DNA of 64,000 nucleotides from positions 384,001-448,000 of the forward strand of contig CAVQNG010000005.1 of NCBI GenBank assembly GCA_963713825.1, in the 5' to 3' direction. The notes under the pieces are model-generated. The model made no database searches. It was not told the DNA's origin and saw only the letters and a program-made list of their open reading frames with translations. Made by a program: the position numbers and the translations under genes. Of the stretch, positions 17,613 through 27,255 are shown piece after piece; position 1 is the stretch's first letter; the number at the start of each line of letters is the position of its first letter. Source of the DNA: an uncultured Acidobacteriota bacterium (GTDB lineage: Bacteria > Acidobacteriota > Thermoanaerobaculia > Multivoradales > JAHEKO01).

Positions 17613-18053
17613 ATGGATCGAAAGACAGAACAACAACTGCTCCGACTACTGGTGGGCGAGCTTTCCGACGAAGCAGCCCAGAACCTGAGGCTGCGCCTGG
17701 AAAATGAGAGCGAGCTGCAGCACGCCTTCACCGTGTTGCAGGAGCGCTGGCAGACCCTCGAGCTCCCACCTCTCGAGACGGTGCATCCGAGCTTCACGAG
17801 TCGCGTCGTCCGCCAGGCCGTGACAGGACCTTCGTTCGAAGCTGCAGGCCTGGGTCGTTCTTCCCCCCTCTGGGCTCGGGCGACTGCCGCTGTAGCCCTG
17901 GCGGGCGGCATCCTCGTGGGCGTATTGCTGGCGAGTCCATCGGACACAGACGAATGGGCTGGCTGGAGTGCCATCGAGCAGACACAAGCCGAGGTTTACT
18001 GGGAGACGCTGAGTGCATCTTCGGACAATCTCGTGCGGGAGGACCTGCGATGA
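17613..18053 (+). CDS. putative anti-sigma factor (single TM)
   Basis: Directly after the ECF gene. N-terminal L..GEL anti-sigma-like helices without Zn ligands, and one TM (AAVALAGGILVGVLL). Confidence 0.7.
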   Translation: MDRKTEQQLLRLLVGELSDEAAQNLRLRLENESELQHAFTVLQERWQTLELPPLETVHPSFTSRVVRQAVTGPSFEAAGLGRSSPLWARATAAVALAGGILVGVLLASPSDTDEWAGWSAIEQTQAEVYWETLSASSDNLVREDLR

Positions 18054-18559
18054 AGCCGATCTGGCTGTGGATTGCCCTGTTGCTGTCGGTCGGCGTCAAT
18101 CTCGGCGTCTTGGCCACCGTCGGCACAACGCACTTGCGCGAGCCTGCCCGGTGGGAACGCGGCGCAAGAGAGGAGCGACCGCCGGTTGCGCGAGTCGCCG
18201 ATCGCCTCGGGCTCGAAGGTGAGAGCCGCGACGCGTTCATCCTGATCCAGAACGAGTTCTTTGAGGGCATGCAAGAGAGTCGTGAGGAGCTGGAGGACCT
18301 ACGGCATCAGCTCCGGCAGGAGTCGATGGCCGACAGTCCCGACCAGGCTGAAGTGGACAGGCTGATCGCGGAGATGGGGTTGGCCTACGCTCGGTTGGAT
18401 CGGGTGTTTGTGGACAACGTCCTGAAGAGCCGCGAGGTTCTGGATCCCGCCCAGGAACGAGACTATCTGAAGTTCTTGGAGAGGCTACAGCAACGGGGTC
18501 GTTCCGGCCACAGGAGACCGGAAGGTCCTCCCAGATCGCCAGTTGAGCGGCGACCATGA
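18050..18559 (+). CDS. periplasmic heavy-metal sensor / Spy-CpxP-CnrX-like protein
   Basis: ATGA overlap with the anti-sigma gene. Motifs LLLSVGVN anchor, LGLEGE, PDQAEVD and VLDPAQ (LTxxQ-like). Confidence 0.8.
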   Translation: MKPIWLWIALLLSVGVNLGVLATVGTTHLREPARWERGAREERPPVARVADRLGLEGESRDAFILIQNEFFEGMQESREELEDLRHQLRQESMADSPDQAEVDRLIAEMGLAYARLDRVFVDNVLKSREVLDPAQERDYLKFLERLQQRGRSGHRRPEGPPRSPVERRP

Positions 18560-18607
18560 AAAGGGCCTAGGGGTTTAAGGGCGTGGGGGTGTAGGGGTCT
18601 AGAGGCC
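18560..18607 (+). repeat. degenerate 8-bp tandem array (TAGGGGCN)n, stand-alone
   Basis: aaagggcc taggggtt taagggcg tgggggtg taggggtc tagaggcc, starting right after the stop codon. Confidence 0.8.
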
Positions 18608-18713
18608 TGGTCGTCGGCTCGAAATTTGCAAATGCACAGATGCAAGAAGCGCAGCGGCTTGATAGTCTGCGCGAACTTTGCGATTAAGGAAGGGATAATA
18701 AAAGGAGAATTCG

Positions 18714-19403
18714 ATGGATCAATTCAGGAAAATGAAGGTTGCAATGGCACTCGGGCTGGTCTTGATGGCGCTGCAGCTGGCGGGCGTCGCCACAGCCTGG
18801 GGGCAGGACGAGTACGACAACTGGATCGCTCGGGGCCACTACGTGCATGTCTGGCCGAGCTCGGACACGCTACGGGTAGAGAATCCCCCCGGCCAGAATC
18901 CCCCCGTTTTCACCGAGTTCTGGGCTGATGGCGGCAACGGTTTCAATGGCGAGCTCGAGTACCTGGTGCGGCCGAACATCGGAGTGTGGGCTGGCTTGAC
19001 CTTCGACAACATGAAGACCAATCTGAAATTGGAGCAGGGTGACATCACCGCGTATGCCAATGACAGAGTCGACCTGAGGCAGATCAACATTGGCGGCAAC
19101 TACCACTTCATGCCGAGCGGTCGATTCGACTTCTACGCTGGAGTGCTGCTTTCCTGGGTGGGCTACAGCTCATCGACCTTCAATTTCAGTGAAGTGGATT
19201 ATGACTATCAGGTGAAGTACGACGACGAGCTGTCCTGGGGTCTGAGCGCAGGCGTCGATATTCCCTTTGGGCAGAACACCTCGTGGTTCGGGTCGGCCCA
19301 GGTCAGGTACATGTTCCTGGCGTTGGAGGGAGACAACAACATCTACGCCCTCACCGTAGATCCGGTACAGGGGTTCTTCGGCATCGGCTACAGCTGGTGG
19401 TAG
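18714..19403 (+). CDS. OmpW-like outer membrane beta-barrel protein
   Basis: AAGGAG RBS, signal peptide ending ATAWG, alternating beta strands (ELEYLVRPNIGV, NYHF, FDFYAG, GVDIPF) and aromatic C-terminus GIGYSWW. Confidence 0.8.
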   Translation: MDQFRKMKVAMALGLVLMALQLAGVATAWGQDEYDNWIARGHYVHVWPSSDTLRVENPPGQNPPVFTEFWADGGNGFNGELEYLVRPNIGVWAGLTFDNMKTNLKLEQGDITAYANDRVDLRQINIGGNYHFMPSGRFDFYAGVLLSWVGYSSSTFNFSEVDYDYQVKYDDELSWGLSAGVDIPFGQNTSWFGSAQVRYMFLALEGDNNIYALTVDPVQGFFGIGYSWW

Positions 19404-19437
19404 AAGCGGCCGGTGTCCCTGCGGGACAGGCCGCGAC

Positions 19438-19762
19438 GGATGAGGCGGTCGTCGTACCTCCGACCGACCCTTGAGGGCTTGAGGTTGAGGCGACCTGCGC
19501 TTCGCGCGGTCGATCCTTGAGGCATTGGGCCACTGGGGCACTGAGGCAGTGAGGGCAAGTCCAAGGGCTTAGAGGCGTAAGGGCTTAGGGGGGTGACGTG
19601 GCGGGGCTCTCGATGCACCCTGTTCATCTGAGTCCAGATAACGGTTCAAGGTCGGGGCCCCTGGACCCTCAAGCCCTCAAAGGCCAGCCGAAGGAACGAC
19701 GGCTGGTTCAACCCCCAAGCCCTCAGAGACCAGCCGGGAGGTACGACCGGACGCCTCAACCC
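19438..19762. repeat. mosaic intergenic repeat, copy E (2 forward units, octamer arrays, 2 reverse units)
   Basis: Forward units GGATGAGGCG../GGTTGAGGCG.., octamers at 19517-19593, reverse units ending CGCCTCAACCC at 19762. Preceded by a hairpin at 19406-19434. Confidence 0.88.
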
Positions 19763-19798
19763 TTGAGGACCAAGCCCTGGGCTTGGGGCCGAAAAGGT

Positions 19799-19822
19799 GT
19801 GGCCCCACAGAAGTGGGGCCAC
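19799..19822. terminator. perfect 10-bp hairpin between convergent genes
   Basis: GTGGCCCCAC-AGAA-GTGGGGCCAC, with no clear U-tract. Confidence 0.45.
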
Positions 19823-19890
19823 GGTGGAGGGATGAGGGAGAAGGGGGAACAACCCTCCTGATCGTTTGGTCTGGTCGGGGGGGCGGAACG

Positions 19891-22359
19891 TTACAGGTTG
19901 CGAGCTCGGGCTGAAGGCTCCGGGGCAGAGGCTGGCGCTCCACCAGCCGTTGCCGAGAAGAACTCCTTCGCCGCTTCCCCGGGCAACCCGGTCAAGCCCT
20001 CGGGACCCTCTGATGGGAGCCAATCCTCGGGCAGGTGATCCCGATAGGGTGAGACCAGAAACCGCTCGTCCAATAGAGCGATCACCCCGGTATCTCCGGC
20101 GGATCGAATCAGGCGACCGGCGGCCTGGACCACCCGGGTCATGCCTGGTACCACGAAGGCGTACTCGAAGCCCCGTTCGAAGCGCTCATCGTAGTAGCGC
20201 TTCAGGAGCTCCTGCTCGAGGCTGACCGCAGGTAGGCAGGGGCCGACGATAGCCACGGCCTTGAGCATCTCTCCTGGATAGTCCACCCCTTCCGCGAAGA
20301 CCCCTCCTGCCACGGCCAGGAGCAGAACGTCGCCGGCCAGGGCTGAACGGAGACCCTCGAGGATCTCATCGCGCTCGCGATCGGTACCCGCGGACCGTTG
20401 AATGATTACCCTCTTGCTCTTCAGCCTGAGCCGTTCTGAGACCTCGTTCAGGAACTGATAGCTCGGAAACAGGGCGAGACAGTTGCCAGGCACTTCTTCT
20501 GCGAAGGCCGCCAGGTTGTCGGCGATGCGGGGGTAGTTCTCCGGCCGCTTGCGCCAGAGCGTGGCCACGCTGTCGTCGATCACGAGTCGCCGGTTCTCGG
20601 GTGGAAAGGGGCTCGGCACCGACAGGCTGGCGGTTCGTTCCGGGTCGAAACCGAGCAGGTCTCGATAGAACTCAGTGGGAGACAGTGTCGCCGACAGCCC
20701 GATGGCGGAGTGGGTTCGATTCAGGACCTGACCGAGGAAGGCGCTCGGATCTTTGCAGAGCACCTTGAGGGTGCCGCCTTCGGATGCGGTTTCGACACAG
20801 TGGCTGAAGGCCTCGCCTGTTGATAGCACGAGGCCATCGAGGAACCGCAGCTGGCAGAAGTAGAGATCCACGAAAGGATCGTCCGGTCGGAAGCTCGAGG
20901 TCTCCTTCCGGTGCTCGAGATAGTCGATGAAGGTCTCGTCGAAGGCCGGGCGCAAGGCCCAGAGCTCGGCCTCGGGCAGCTGGGCTTCGGTGGCCCGCGC
21001 CGACCCGGTGACCTCTTCCATGGCCATGTCGACGGTGCGATCGATCAGGTCGCCGAGGTCGCGGCAGAGCTTGCTGGCCGCACGGTGGACGTCGCTGGAA
21101 CCTCTCTGCATGAATTCGAGCGCCGCTCTGGCCTGCCGGGAGGACAGGGAGGGGCTGTAGTAGTCGCGCCCGCGTCCGACGAGGTTGTGGATCTCGTCGA
21201 TGATCAGGATGACATTGCTCAGGTCGTTCTCGGCGTGGAACTGGCTCAAGCCTACATAAGGATCGAAGGCATAGTTGTAGTCGCAGACCACGACCTGGAC
21301 TTTCGAGGTCAGCTCGAGGCTCACTTCGAAGGGGCAGACTTCCGCTTGCCCTGCACTCTCGAAGATCCTGTCGGGAAGTAGAAGGCCGCTCTCGGCCATC
21401 AGCTCGGGCACCAGCCCCGATCCGTGAAGCTTGGAGTAGTACTCCTTGGCGAAGCGGCAATACTCCTCGTGGCACAGCAGCTGATCGTTGGCGCACATCT
21501 TGGCCTTGGCACGGAGTCGCAAGGAGTGGAAAGCGTTGTCGCCTCCTGTGAGGAGCTCGAGGACCTGAGTGGCCATCTCCTGCTGCAGGGTCTTGGCCGT
21601 CAGCACAAAGATCTTCTTGTCGCTGGCCAGCGCATATCGCAGGGCGGGTAGCAGCGCCGCTACGGTCTTACCGATGCCGGTTGGGGCCTCGACCAGGAGG
21701 TGGTCGCCCTGCAGCAGTGCCTGCTCCACGGAGTCGAGGATGATCTCCTGTCCTGGTCGTTCTGCCTCGTAGGGGAAGACCAGCTTCTCGGCCGCTACGC
21801 GCCTTCGTGCCAGGGAGGCCTTTTGGGAATCGAACTCCCTGAGCAGCCCGTTGATCCGCTTGCGAACGGCCCCATCCATCGCCGCGAAGCTGAAATCGAG
21901 GGCTTCATGGTCGACGTTCTCGGTGCCGATCTCGATCCACACCAGCTCCGCTCCGACCTTTCGTTCACCACCGCGCTGCAGGATCCAGGCATAGAGCAGG
22001 GCCTGTTTGGAGTAGATCTCTCGGAGCGCGTTGGAGGGCCGAGAGCCCCGCCGCAGAGATTTGATCTCCTCGACGATCACCGTTTGGTCGGGATCTCGCC
22101 TCAGCCCGTCGATGCGGCCATGAACGGTGATCTCCCAGCCGCGATGCGAGAAGGTCGAGGAGATGGAAACCTCCCGCTGGTAGGCGGGATCGGCAGCCAA
22201 GGCCGCTTCCTGATAACGGCTGTGGATCGCCTGTCCCAACCAGAGACGCTCGTGGCCGCCTCGATTGGCAAATCCCAGGTGCCGAGCCAGGGAGGCGTCA
22301 ACGAGGTCTCCGACCGAGAGCTCCAACGTCAGGTTCGAAGAGTCGAAGCGCGGCGGCAT
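19891..22359 (-). CDS. DinG/XPD-family Fe-S helicase with N-terminal PD-(D/E)XK nuclease-like domain
   Basis: N-terminal GQAIH..., GRIDG, EEIKS and QALLY. Helicase motifs RPGQ, EAPTGIGKT, Fe-S Cys (C...C...C...CPFE), DEIHN, LSATL, FPSY, FAEGVD and QAAGRLIR. Confidence 0.9.
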   Translation of the reverse strand: MPPRFDSSNLTLELSVGDLVDASLARHLGFANRGGHERLWLGQAIHSRYQEAALAADPAYQREVSISSTFSHRGWEITVHGRIDGLRRDPDQTVIVEEIKSLRRGSRPSNALREIYSKQALLYAWILQRGGERKVGAELVWIEIGTENVDHEALDFSFAAMDGAVRKRINGLLREFDSQKASLARRRVAAEKLVFPYEAERPGQEIILDSVEQALLQGDHLLVEAPTGIGKTVAALLPALRYALASDKKIFVLTAKTLQQEMATQVLELLTGGDNAFHSLRLRAKAKMCANDQLLCHEEYCRFAKEYYSKLHGSGLVPELMAESGLLLPDRIFESAGQAEVCPFEVSLELTSKVQVVVCDYNYAFDPYVGLSQFHAENDLSNVILIIDEIHNLVGRGRDYYSPSLSSRQARAALEFMQRGSSDVHRAASKLCRDLGDLIDRTVDMAMEEVTGSARATEAQLPEAELWALRPAFDETFIDYLEHRKETSSFRPDDPFVDLYFCQLRFLDGLVLSTGEAFSHCVETASEGGTLKVLCKDPSAFLGQVLNRTHSAIGLSATLSPTEFYRDLLGFDPERTASLSVPSPFPPENRRLVIDDSVATLWRKRPENYPRIADNLAAFAEEVPGNCLALFPSYQFLNEVSERLRLKSKRVIIQRSAGTDRERDEILEGLRSALAGDVLLLAVAGGVFAEGVDYPGEMLKAVAIVGPCLPAVSLEQELLKRYYDERFERGFEYAFVVPGMTRVVQAAGRLIRSAGDTGVIALLDERFLVSPYRDHLPEDWLPSEGPEGLTGLPGEAAKEFFSATAGGAPASAPEPSARARNL

Positions 22360-22365
22360 GGGCGG

Positions 22366-22371
22366 AGTATA
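22366..22371 (-). promoter_or_regulatory. -10 element (TATACT) 6 nt before the start codon, probable leaderless promoter
   Basis: Minus strand reads TATACT-CCGCCC-ATG with no Shine-Dalgarno. Confidence 0.55.
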
Positions 22372-22423
22372 AGGGCTCTATCGCTGTTGCAACCGTCAGA
22401 GTCCTGGGTTACGCTGATCTGTC

Positions 22424-23437
22424 ATGCCTACTAACGAAGGACCAGGAAAAACCGTCGTCGAATTCCCCAAAGTGCCGAAGCTGCCAAAGCTGCCGGCGGG
22501 GGGAGTCCAAATCGTTGTCATAGCGATCATCGTCCTGATTGTGATCTCGTCGAGTGTTTATACGATCGAGCCGGAGGAAGTCGGCGTCGTCGTTCGGCTC
22601 GGCAGATACAACGGCACCACAGATCCCGGCCTGCACTTCAAGCTGCCTCTTGGTGTCGACAAGATCTTCAAGGTTGCAGTGCAGCGCCAGCTCAAGCAGG
22701 AGTTCGGCTTCCGGACCCTCGAGCCTGGGGTGCGCAGCCAGTTCACCACGGCCGGGCTGCAGGACGAGTCCAACATGCTGACCGGAGATCTCAACGCGGT
22801 CGTGGTCGAGTGGGTGGTGCAGTATCGGGTCGTCGATCCGTACAAGTACCTCTTCAGGGTGCGAGAGGTGGAGGAGACCTTCCGCGACCTCAGTGAAGCG
22901 GTAATGCGCAAGGTCGTGGGCGATCGGACCGTCAACGAGGTCCTGACGGTTGGTCGCCAGGAGATCGAGGATCTGGTCAATCTGCAGCTGCAGGAGCTTT
23001 GCGATCAGTATGAGACCGGCATCAGGGTAGAGCAGGTCGTCCTCCAGGACGTCAATCCACCAGACCCGGTCAAGCCTTCCTTCAACGAAGTGAACCAGTC
23101 CGAGCAGGAGCGCGAACGGATGATCAACGAAGCGCAGTCGGAATACAACAAGATCATTCCGCGGGCCGAAGGCGAAGCCCGCCAGACGGTGCAGCAGGCC
23201 GAAGGGTACGCGATGGATCGTGTGAATCGAGCCCAGGGTGACGCGGCGCGATTCAATTCGATGTACACGGAATACCGCAAGGCACCAGGAGTCACTCGCA
23301 CGAGGATCTACCTCGAAACAATGGAGAAGATCCTGCCTCTGGCGGGGCGTAAGGTGATCCTGGACGAGGAGCTCGAGGGGGTGCTCCCATTGATGAACCT
23401 CGATGGCACGACCCGACAGCAGGGAGGTGGCCAGTGA
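22424..23437 (+). CDS. hflK: FtsH protease modulator HflK
   Basis: SPFH domain: GVVVRLG, PGLHFKLP, MLTGD, LQDVNPPDPVKPSFNEV, EAQSEYNKIIPRAEG, TRTRIYLETME. Confidence 0.93.
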   Translation: MPTNEGPGKTVVEFPKVPKLPKLPAGGVQIVVIAIIVLIVISSSVYTIEPEEVGVVVRLGRYNGTTDPGLHFKLPLGVDKIFKVAVQRQLKQEFGFRTLEPGVRSQFTTAGLQDESNMLTGDLNAVVVEWVVQYRVVDPYKYLFRVREVEETFRDLSEAVMRKVVGDRTVNEVLTVGRQEIEDLVNLQLQELCDQYETGIRVEQVVLQDVNPPDPVKPSFNEVNQSEQERERMINEAQSEYNKIIPRAEGEARQTVQQAEGYAMDRVNRAQGDAARFNSMYTEYRKAPGVTRTRIYLETMEKILPLAGRKVILDEELEGVLPLMNLDGTTRQQGGGQ

Positions 23438-24366
23438 CGCGCATCGTCCCCGTCGTCCTCCTGGTGCTACTCGTCGTGGTGTTCGCCAACGCCGCCTTCA
23501 TCGTCAACGAGTGGGAGCAAGTGATCATCACCCAGTTCGGTCAGCCGGTGCGAGATCCCATCGTTACGCCGGGTCTGAAATTCAAGATCCCTTTCATCCA
23601 GAAGCTGCATCGATTCGACAGGCGATTCCTGGAATGGGAAGGGTCCGTCGCCGAGCTACCCACGAAGGACAAGGTCTTCATCCTGGTGGACGGCTACGCC
23701 CGCTGGAGGATCAGCGATCCCCTTCTTTTCTTTCAACGCCTGAGAAACGAGATGGGTGCGCAGTCCCGACTCGACGACATTCTGGATGGTGAGACCCGCA
23801 ACGCCATCGCCAAGCACGAGCTGCTGCAGGTGATTCGCTCGACGAATCGGGTGCCAGAGGTCGACGAAGCCATGCCCGAGCTGGAGGGGCATCTGGAAGA
23901 AATCAGCGAGGGCCGTGGGGACATCAGACTGCAGGTTCTCAAAGCGGGCCAGGAGAGAACCGCCGATCTCGGGATCGAGGTGCTCGATGTGCAGTTCAAG
24001 CGCATCAACTACGGCGAGCAGGTTCTACAAGATGTCTATCAGCGGATGACCTCCGAGCGCAGTCGAATCGCCGAGCGTTTCCGTTCTGAAGGTCAGGGCG
24101 AGAAGGCCGGGATTCTGGGTGACATGGACCGCGAGCTCAAGCGAATCCAGTCGGAGGCCTATCGGGAGGCCGAGGGCATCCGCGGCAAGGCCGATGCCGA
24201 GGCAACCGACGTCTATGCCCAGGCCTACAATCAGTCGGACGATTCCCGTCGGTTCTACGAATTTCTCAAGACCATGGAGACTTTCGAAGCGACGGTCGAT
24301 GCTGAAACGCTGTTGATGCTGTCGACGGATGGCGACTTCTACCGATATCTCAAGGGAAGCCAGTAG
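23434..24366 (+). CDS. hflC: FtsH protease modulator HflC
   Basis: GTGA overlap with hflK. Motifs IITQFG, PGLKFKIPFIQ, WRISDP, RMTSER..AERFRSEG and FYEFLKTME. Confidence 0.93.
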   Translation: MTRIVPVVLLVLLVVVFANAAFIVNEWEQVIITQFGQPVRDPIVTPGLKFKIPFIQKLHRFDRRFLEWEGSVAELPTKDKVFILVDGYARWRISDPLLFFQRLRNEMGAQSRLDDILDGETRNAIAKHELLQVIRSTNRVPEVDEAMPELEGHLEEISEGRGDIRLQVLKAGQERTADLGIEVLDVQFKRINYGEQVLQDVYQRMTSERSRIAERFRSEGQGEKAGILGDMDRELKRIQSEAYREAEGIRGKADAEATDVYAQAYNQSDDSRRFYEFLKTMETFEATVDAETLLMLSTDGDFYRYLKGSQ

Positions 24367-24472
24367 CAGCTGCGACAACCGCCTTTCTGAGTCGACCCTT
24401 CCATAGCGGAGTAGATTTCCCAGAGGGTATCCTCTTGGCTGCACGAGTCGGTCTGCGGACTGGCAAGAAGAC

Positions 24473-25945
24473 ATGTACACAGCGCTCAACAGGTTTCCAG
24501 GAGCTCGCCGGGCCTTCTGGTGGTCTCTCTGTCTGTTGCCCTTGCACCTGGGGTTGGCGACAGGGTCGAGAGCCGAGCTTCGGACGGACCTCAATGAGTC
24601 GGTGAAAGCTGCCAGGCAGGTTTCCAGGGCCATGAGCGTGCAGGTCGTCGAGCTCGGCTCGGGCGAGGAGATCTACTCCTACAATGCCGATGAGCTGCGC
24701 ATCATCGCCTCGAATACGAAGCTGTTGACGACGGCGGCCGCCTTCGACACTGTCGGTCCGGGGTTCTTCTTCGAGACCAACGTCTTGTGGCGAGGCGACC
24801 GAAGTGATGGTGGGCTACAGGGTGATGTCGCCGTGCTGGGTGGAGGCGATCCCAACATCTCGGGCCGTCACTACGGCGGGGATCCCCTGGTCGTCTTTCG
24901 GCAATGGGCCCAGGAGTTCAAGCGCTTGGGGGTTCATAGGATCGAGGGGGATCTCTTTCTCGTCACCGGGTTGTTCGAGCCGCCGCTCGTCCATCCGGAC
25001 TGGCCGCGGGACCAGTTGCACCGGTGGTACGAGGCGCCGGTTGCCGCCCTTTCCTTCAGTGACAACTGTGTCCTCGTGCGGATCTGGCCCGGCCAGGCGC
25101 CGGGGGAGCCGGCGCGGGTCGAGATGATTCCGGATCTCGGCGTCCTGCGTGTCGAGAACACGGCCAGAACCACCGATTCTTCGAAGCGGCACAAGGTCGT
25201 AGTCGATCGACGCAACGGCAGCGACTTGCTCCAGGTCTCGGGCTCGATCTATCGCCGCGCGGCGCCAGTCGAGAGCTGGATCACCGTGCCGGATCCGGTG
25301 AGCTACTTCGGAGTGGCCCTCAAGGCGGCCTTCGAGGAGGAGGGTGTCGAGCTCTTGGGCGGCCTGCGACCCACCATGCGACTGCCCTCCGGTCAATGGC
25401 GCTGGGTTACCGGCCATCGGTCCGACCTGATGACCACCAGCGAGGTGATCAACAAGCGGAGTCAGAACTTCTTCGCCGAGAGCCTGTTGAAGGTCATGGG
25501 AGCGCGGTTGTGCGGCAGCGGCAGTTGGCAGGCCGGGCGCCAGGTGGTCGAGGAGTTTCTGTCGAGGGTTGGGATTCAACCGGGTGAGTATCGACTCGCC
25601 GACGGTTCGGGGATGAGCCGTGGCAACCAGTTCTCCGCCCGTCAGATGACGACGGTGCTGCGGTACATGTTCGATCATGAGAAGGGCAAGGAGTTCCTGC
25701 TCACCTTGCCGTACAGCGGTGAAGAGGGTCTGCGCTGGGAGGGCCGCTTGGCGGCAGAGCCTTACCGTGGCAACATCTTCGCAAAGACCGGCTCGCTGCT
25801 GGGAGTCTCGACGTTGTCCGGGTACGCCAAAGCGCGGTCGGGAAAGATCTATGCCTTCTCCATACTCTGCAATCGGACCACCGGCAACTGGGGGGCGGGG
25901 AAGGCGCAGGATCGGATCTTGCGAGTGCTGGTGGATCAGGGGTGA
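24473..25945 (+). CDS. dacB: D-alanyl-D-alanine carboxypeptidase/endopeptidase (PBP4, peptidase S13)
   Basis: Motifs ASNTKL (SxxK), GGGDP, SQNFFAE (SxN), DGSGMSR and AKTGSL. Confidence 0.92.
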   Translation: MYTALNRFPGARRAFWWSLCLLPLHLGLATGSRAELRTDLNESVKAARQVSRAMSVQVVELGSGEEIYSYNADELRIIASNTKLLTTAAAFDTVGPGFFFETNVLWRGDRSDGGLQGDVAVLGGGDPNISGRHYGGDPLVVFRQWAQEFKRLGVHRIEGDLFLVTGLFEPPLVHPDWPRDQLHRWYEAPVAALSFSDNCVLVRIWPGQAPGEPARVEMIPDLGVLRVENTARTTDSSKRHKVVVDRRNGSDLLQVSGSIYRRAAPVESWITVPDPVSYFGVALKAAFEEEGVELLGGLRPTMRLPSGQWRWVTGHRSDLMTTSEVINKRSQNFFAESLLKVMGARLCGSGSWQAGRQVVEEFLSRVGIQPGEYRLADGSGMSRGNQFSARQMTTVLRYMFDHEKGKEFLLTLPYSGEEGLRWEGRLAAEPYRGNIFAKTGSLLGVSTLSGYAKARSGKIYAFSILCNRTTGNWGAGKAQDRILRVLVDQG

Positions 25946-25973
25946 GAGCCAGAGCGCTCAGGAGTGACAAGCC

Positions 25974-27215
25974 GTGACATCGAATGACCCGAGAGTCGTC
26001 GACTACAACCGCCTGATCAAGAACGTCGAGCACCTCGTCGAGGCGATCGAAGATGCCGACGACGTCGCGGCGACCATTCACATGGTCGCGGAGGCCGTGA
26101 TTGCACAGTTCAAGGATCAATTGGGTCTTTTCGGGGGCAGAATCTATCGACGGGAGGGTGACGAGTTCGTTCTCCAGGGTACCTTCGGTGAGGCCAAAGA
26201 GGTGCCGGAGGGTCTTCGAGTCTCGGCGACCTACGGACCGATTCGGGAGTTGATTAAGAAGCGGACCCTCTACATGAAAGAGGATGACCCGCTGCTGGAT
26301 CCAGACCTGGAAGCCGATCTCGGAGTCGAGCAATTCGTCGCCATCGAAGTCGGGGATCAGGAGTACATCCTCTCCTTCAATGTGACTCCGGGCTACGACA
26401 AGAGCAGCATCCTGTTTTCTCTGGGAATTCTGCGCCACAGCATCAACCAGAAGATCCGTCAGGAGAAGATGGCGGATGTTCTACGGGAAGCGCGTCGTAT
26501 CCAGGCTTCGATCCTGCCTCGCGGCAAGCCCGATTTCGCGGGTTTCGACATCTGTGGTCGAACCGAACCCATGGAGACGGTCGGTGGCGATCACTTCGAC
26601 TTCATCTCCATCACGGACAAGGTCATGGGGCTGGCGATCGCCGATGTTTCAGGGCACGGTCTGCCGGCAGCACTCCAGGTGCGAGACATCTACATGGGGC
26701 TGCGCATGGGCCTGTCCCGTGACTTCAAGATCGTTCGCACAGTGGAGCGCCTGAACGAGATCATCAATCTGAGCACACTGACGAGTCGGTTCGTCTCCAT
26801 GGTATACGGCGAGCTCGAAGTCAGCGGCAACTTCGTCTATGTCAATTGCGGGCACCCGCCGCCATTCCGTCTCGCCGCCAACGGCGAGCAGAAACTCTTG
26901 GAACGAGGTGGGATCGTTCTCGGTCCGATTTCGGACGCCACCTACGAGCGCGGCTTCGTCAAGGTCAGGGCGGGGGATCTGCTGGTCTTCTATACCGACG
27001 GCATCGTCGAAGCTACGTGCAGTGAGGCCGGAGGCGAGCCCGAGGAGTTCGGTCTCGAGCGACTGATCGAAGTCGCCAGGGACCATCAGAGCGACTCGGC
27101 CGGCCAGGTCGTACAGGCGATCTTCGATCGACTCGAGGCGTTCTGTGACGGGGCGCCGGCGGAGGACGATCGGACGGTGGTTGTGGTCAAGAGGCCGCCC
27201 GAAGGTCAGCCATAG
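25974..27215 (+). CDS. PP2C/SpoIIE-family Ser/Thr phosphatase with N-terminal GAF-like domain
   Basis: Motifs ARRIQ, VGGDHFD, IADVSGHG, NCGHPPP, YTDGIVE and DDRT. Confidence 0.9.
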   Translation: MTSNDPRVVDYNRLIKNVEHLVEAIEDADDVAATIHMVAEAVIAQFKDQLGLFGGRIYRREGDEFVLQGTFGEAKEVPEGLRVSATYGPIRELIKKRTLYMKEDDPLLDPDLEADLGVEQFVAIEVGDQEYILSFNVTPGYDKSSILFSLGILRHSINQKIRQEKMADVLREARRIQASILPRGKPDFAGFDICGRTEPMETVGGDHFDFISITDKVMGLAIADVSGHGLPAALQVRDIYMGLRMGLSRDFKIVRTVERLNEIINLSTLTSRFVSMVYGELEVSGNFVYVNCGHPPPFRLAANGEQKLLERGGIVLGPISDATYERGFVKVRAGDLLVFYTDGIVEATCSEAGGEPEEFGLERLIEVARDHQSDSAGQVVQAIFDRLEAFCDGAPAEDDRTVVVVKRPPEGQP

Positions 27216-27255
27216 GCCTGTCAACCTCCGACGACTCTGCTGACAGCGATCGACG

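Noticed and set aside
19891-22359. Type IV CRISPR CasDinG or Cas4 adaptation gene
   Set aside because: No cas genes or array nearby, the Cas4 Fe-S cysteines are absent from the nuclease domain, and the context is housekeeping.
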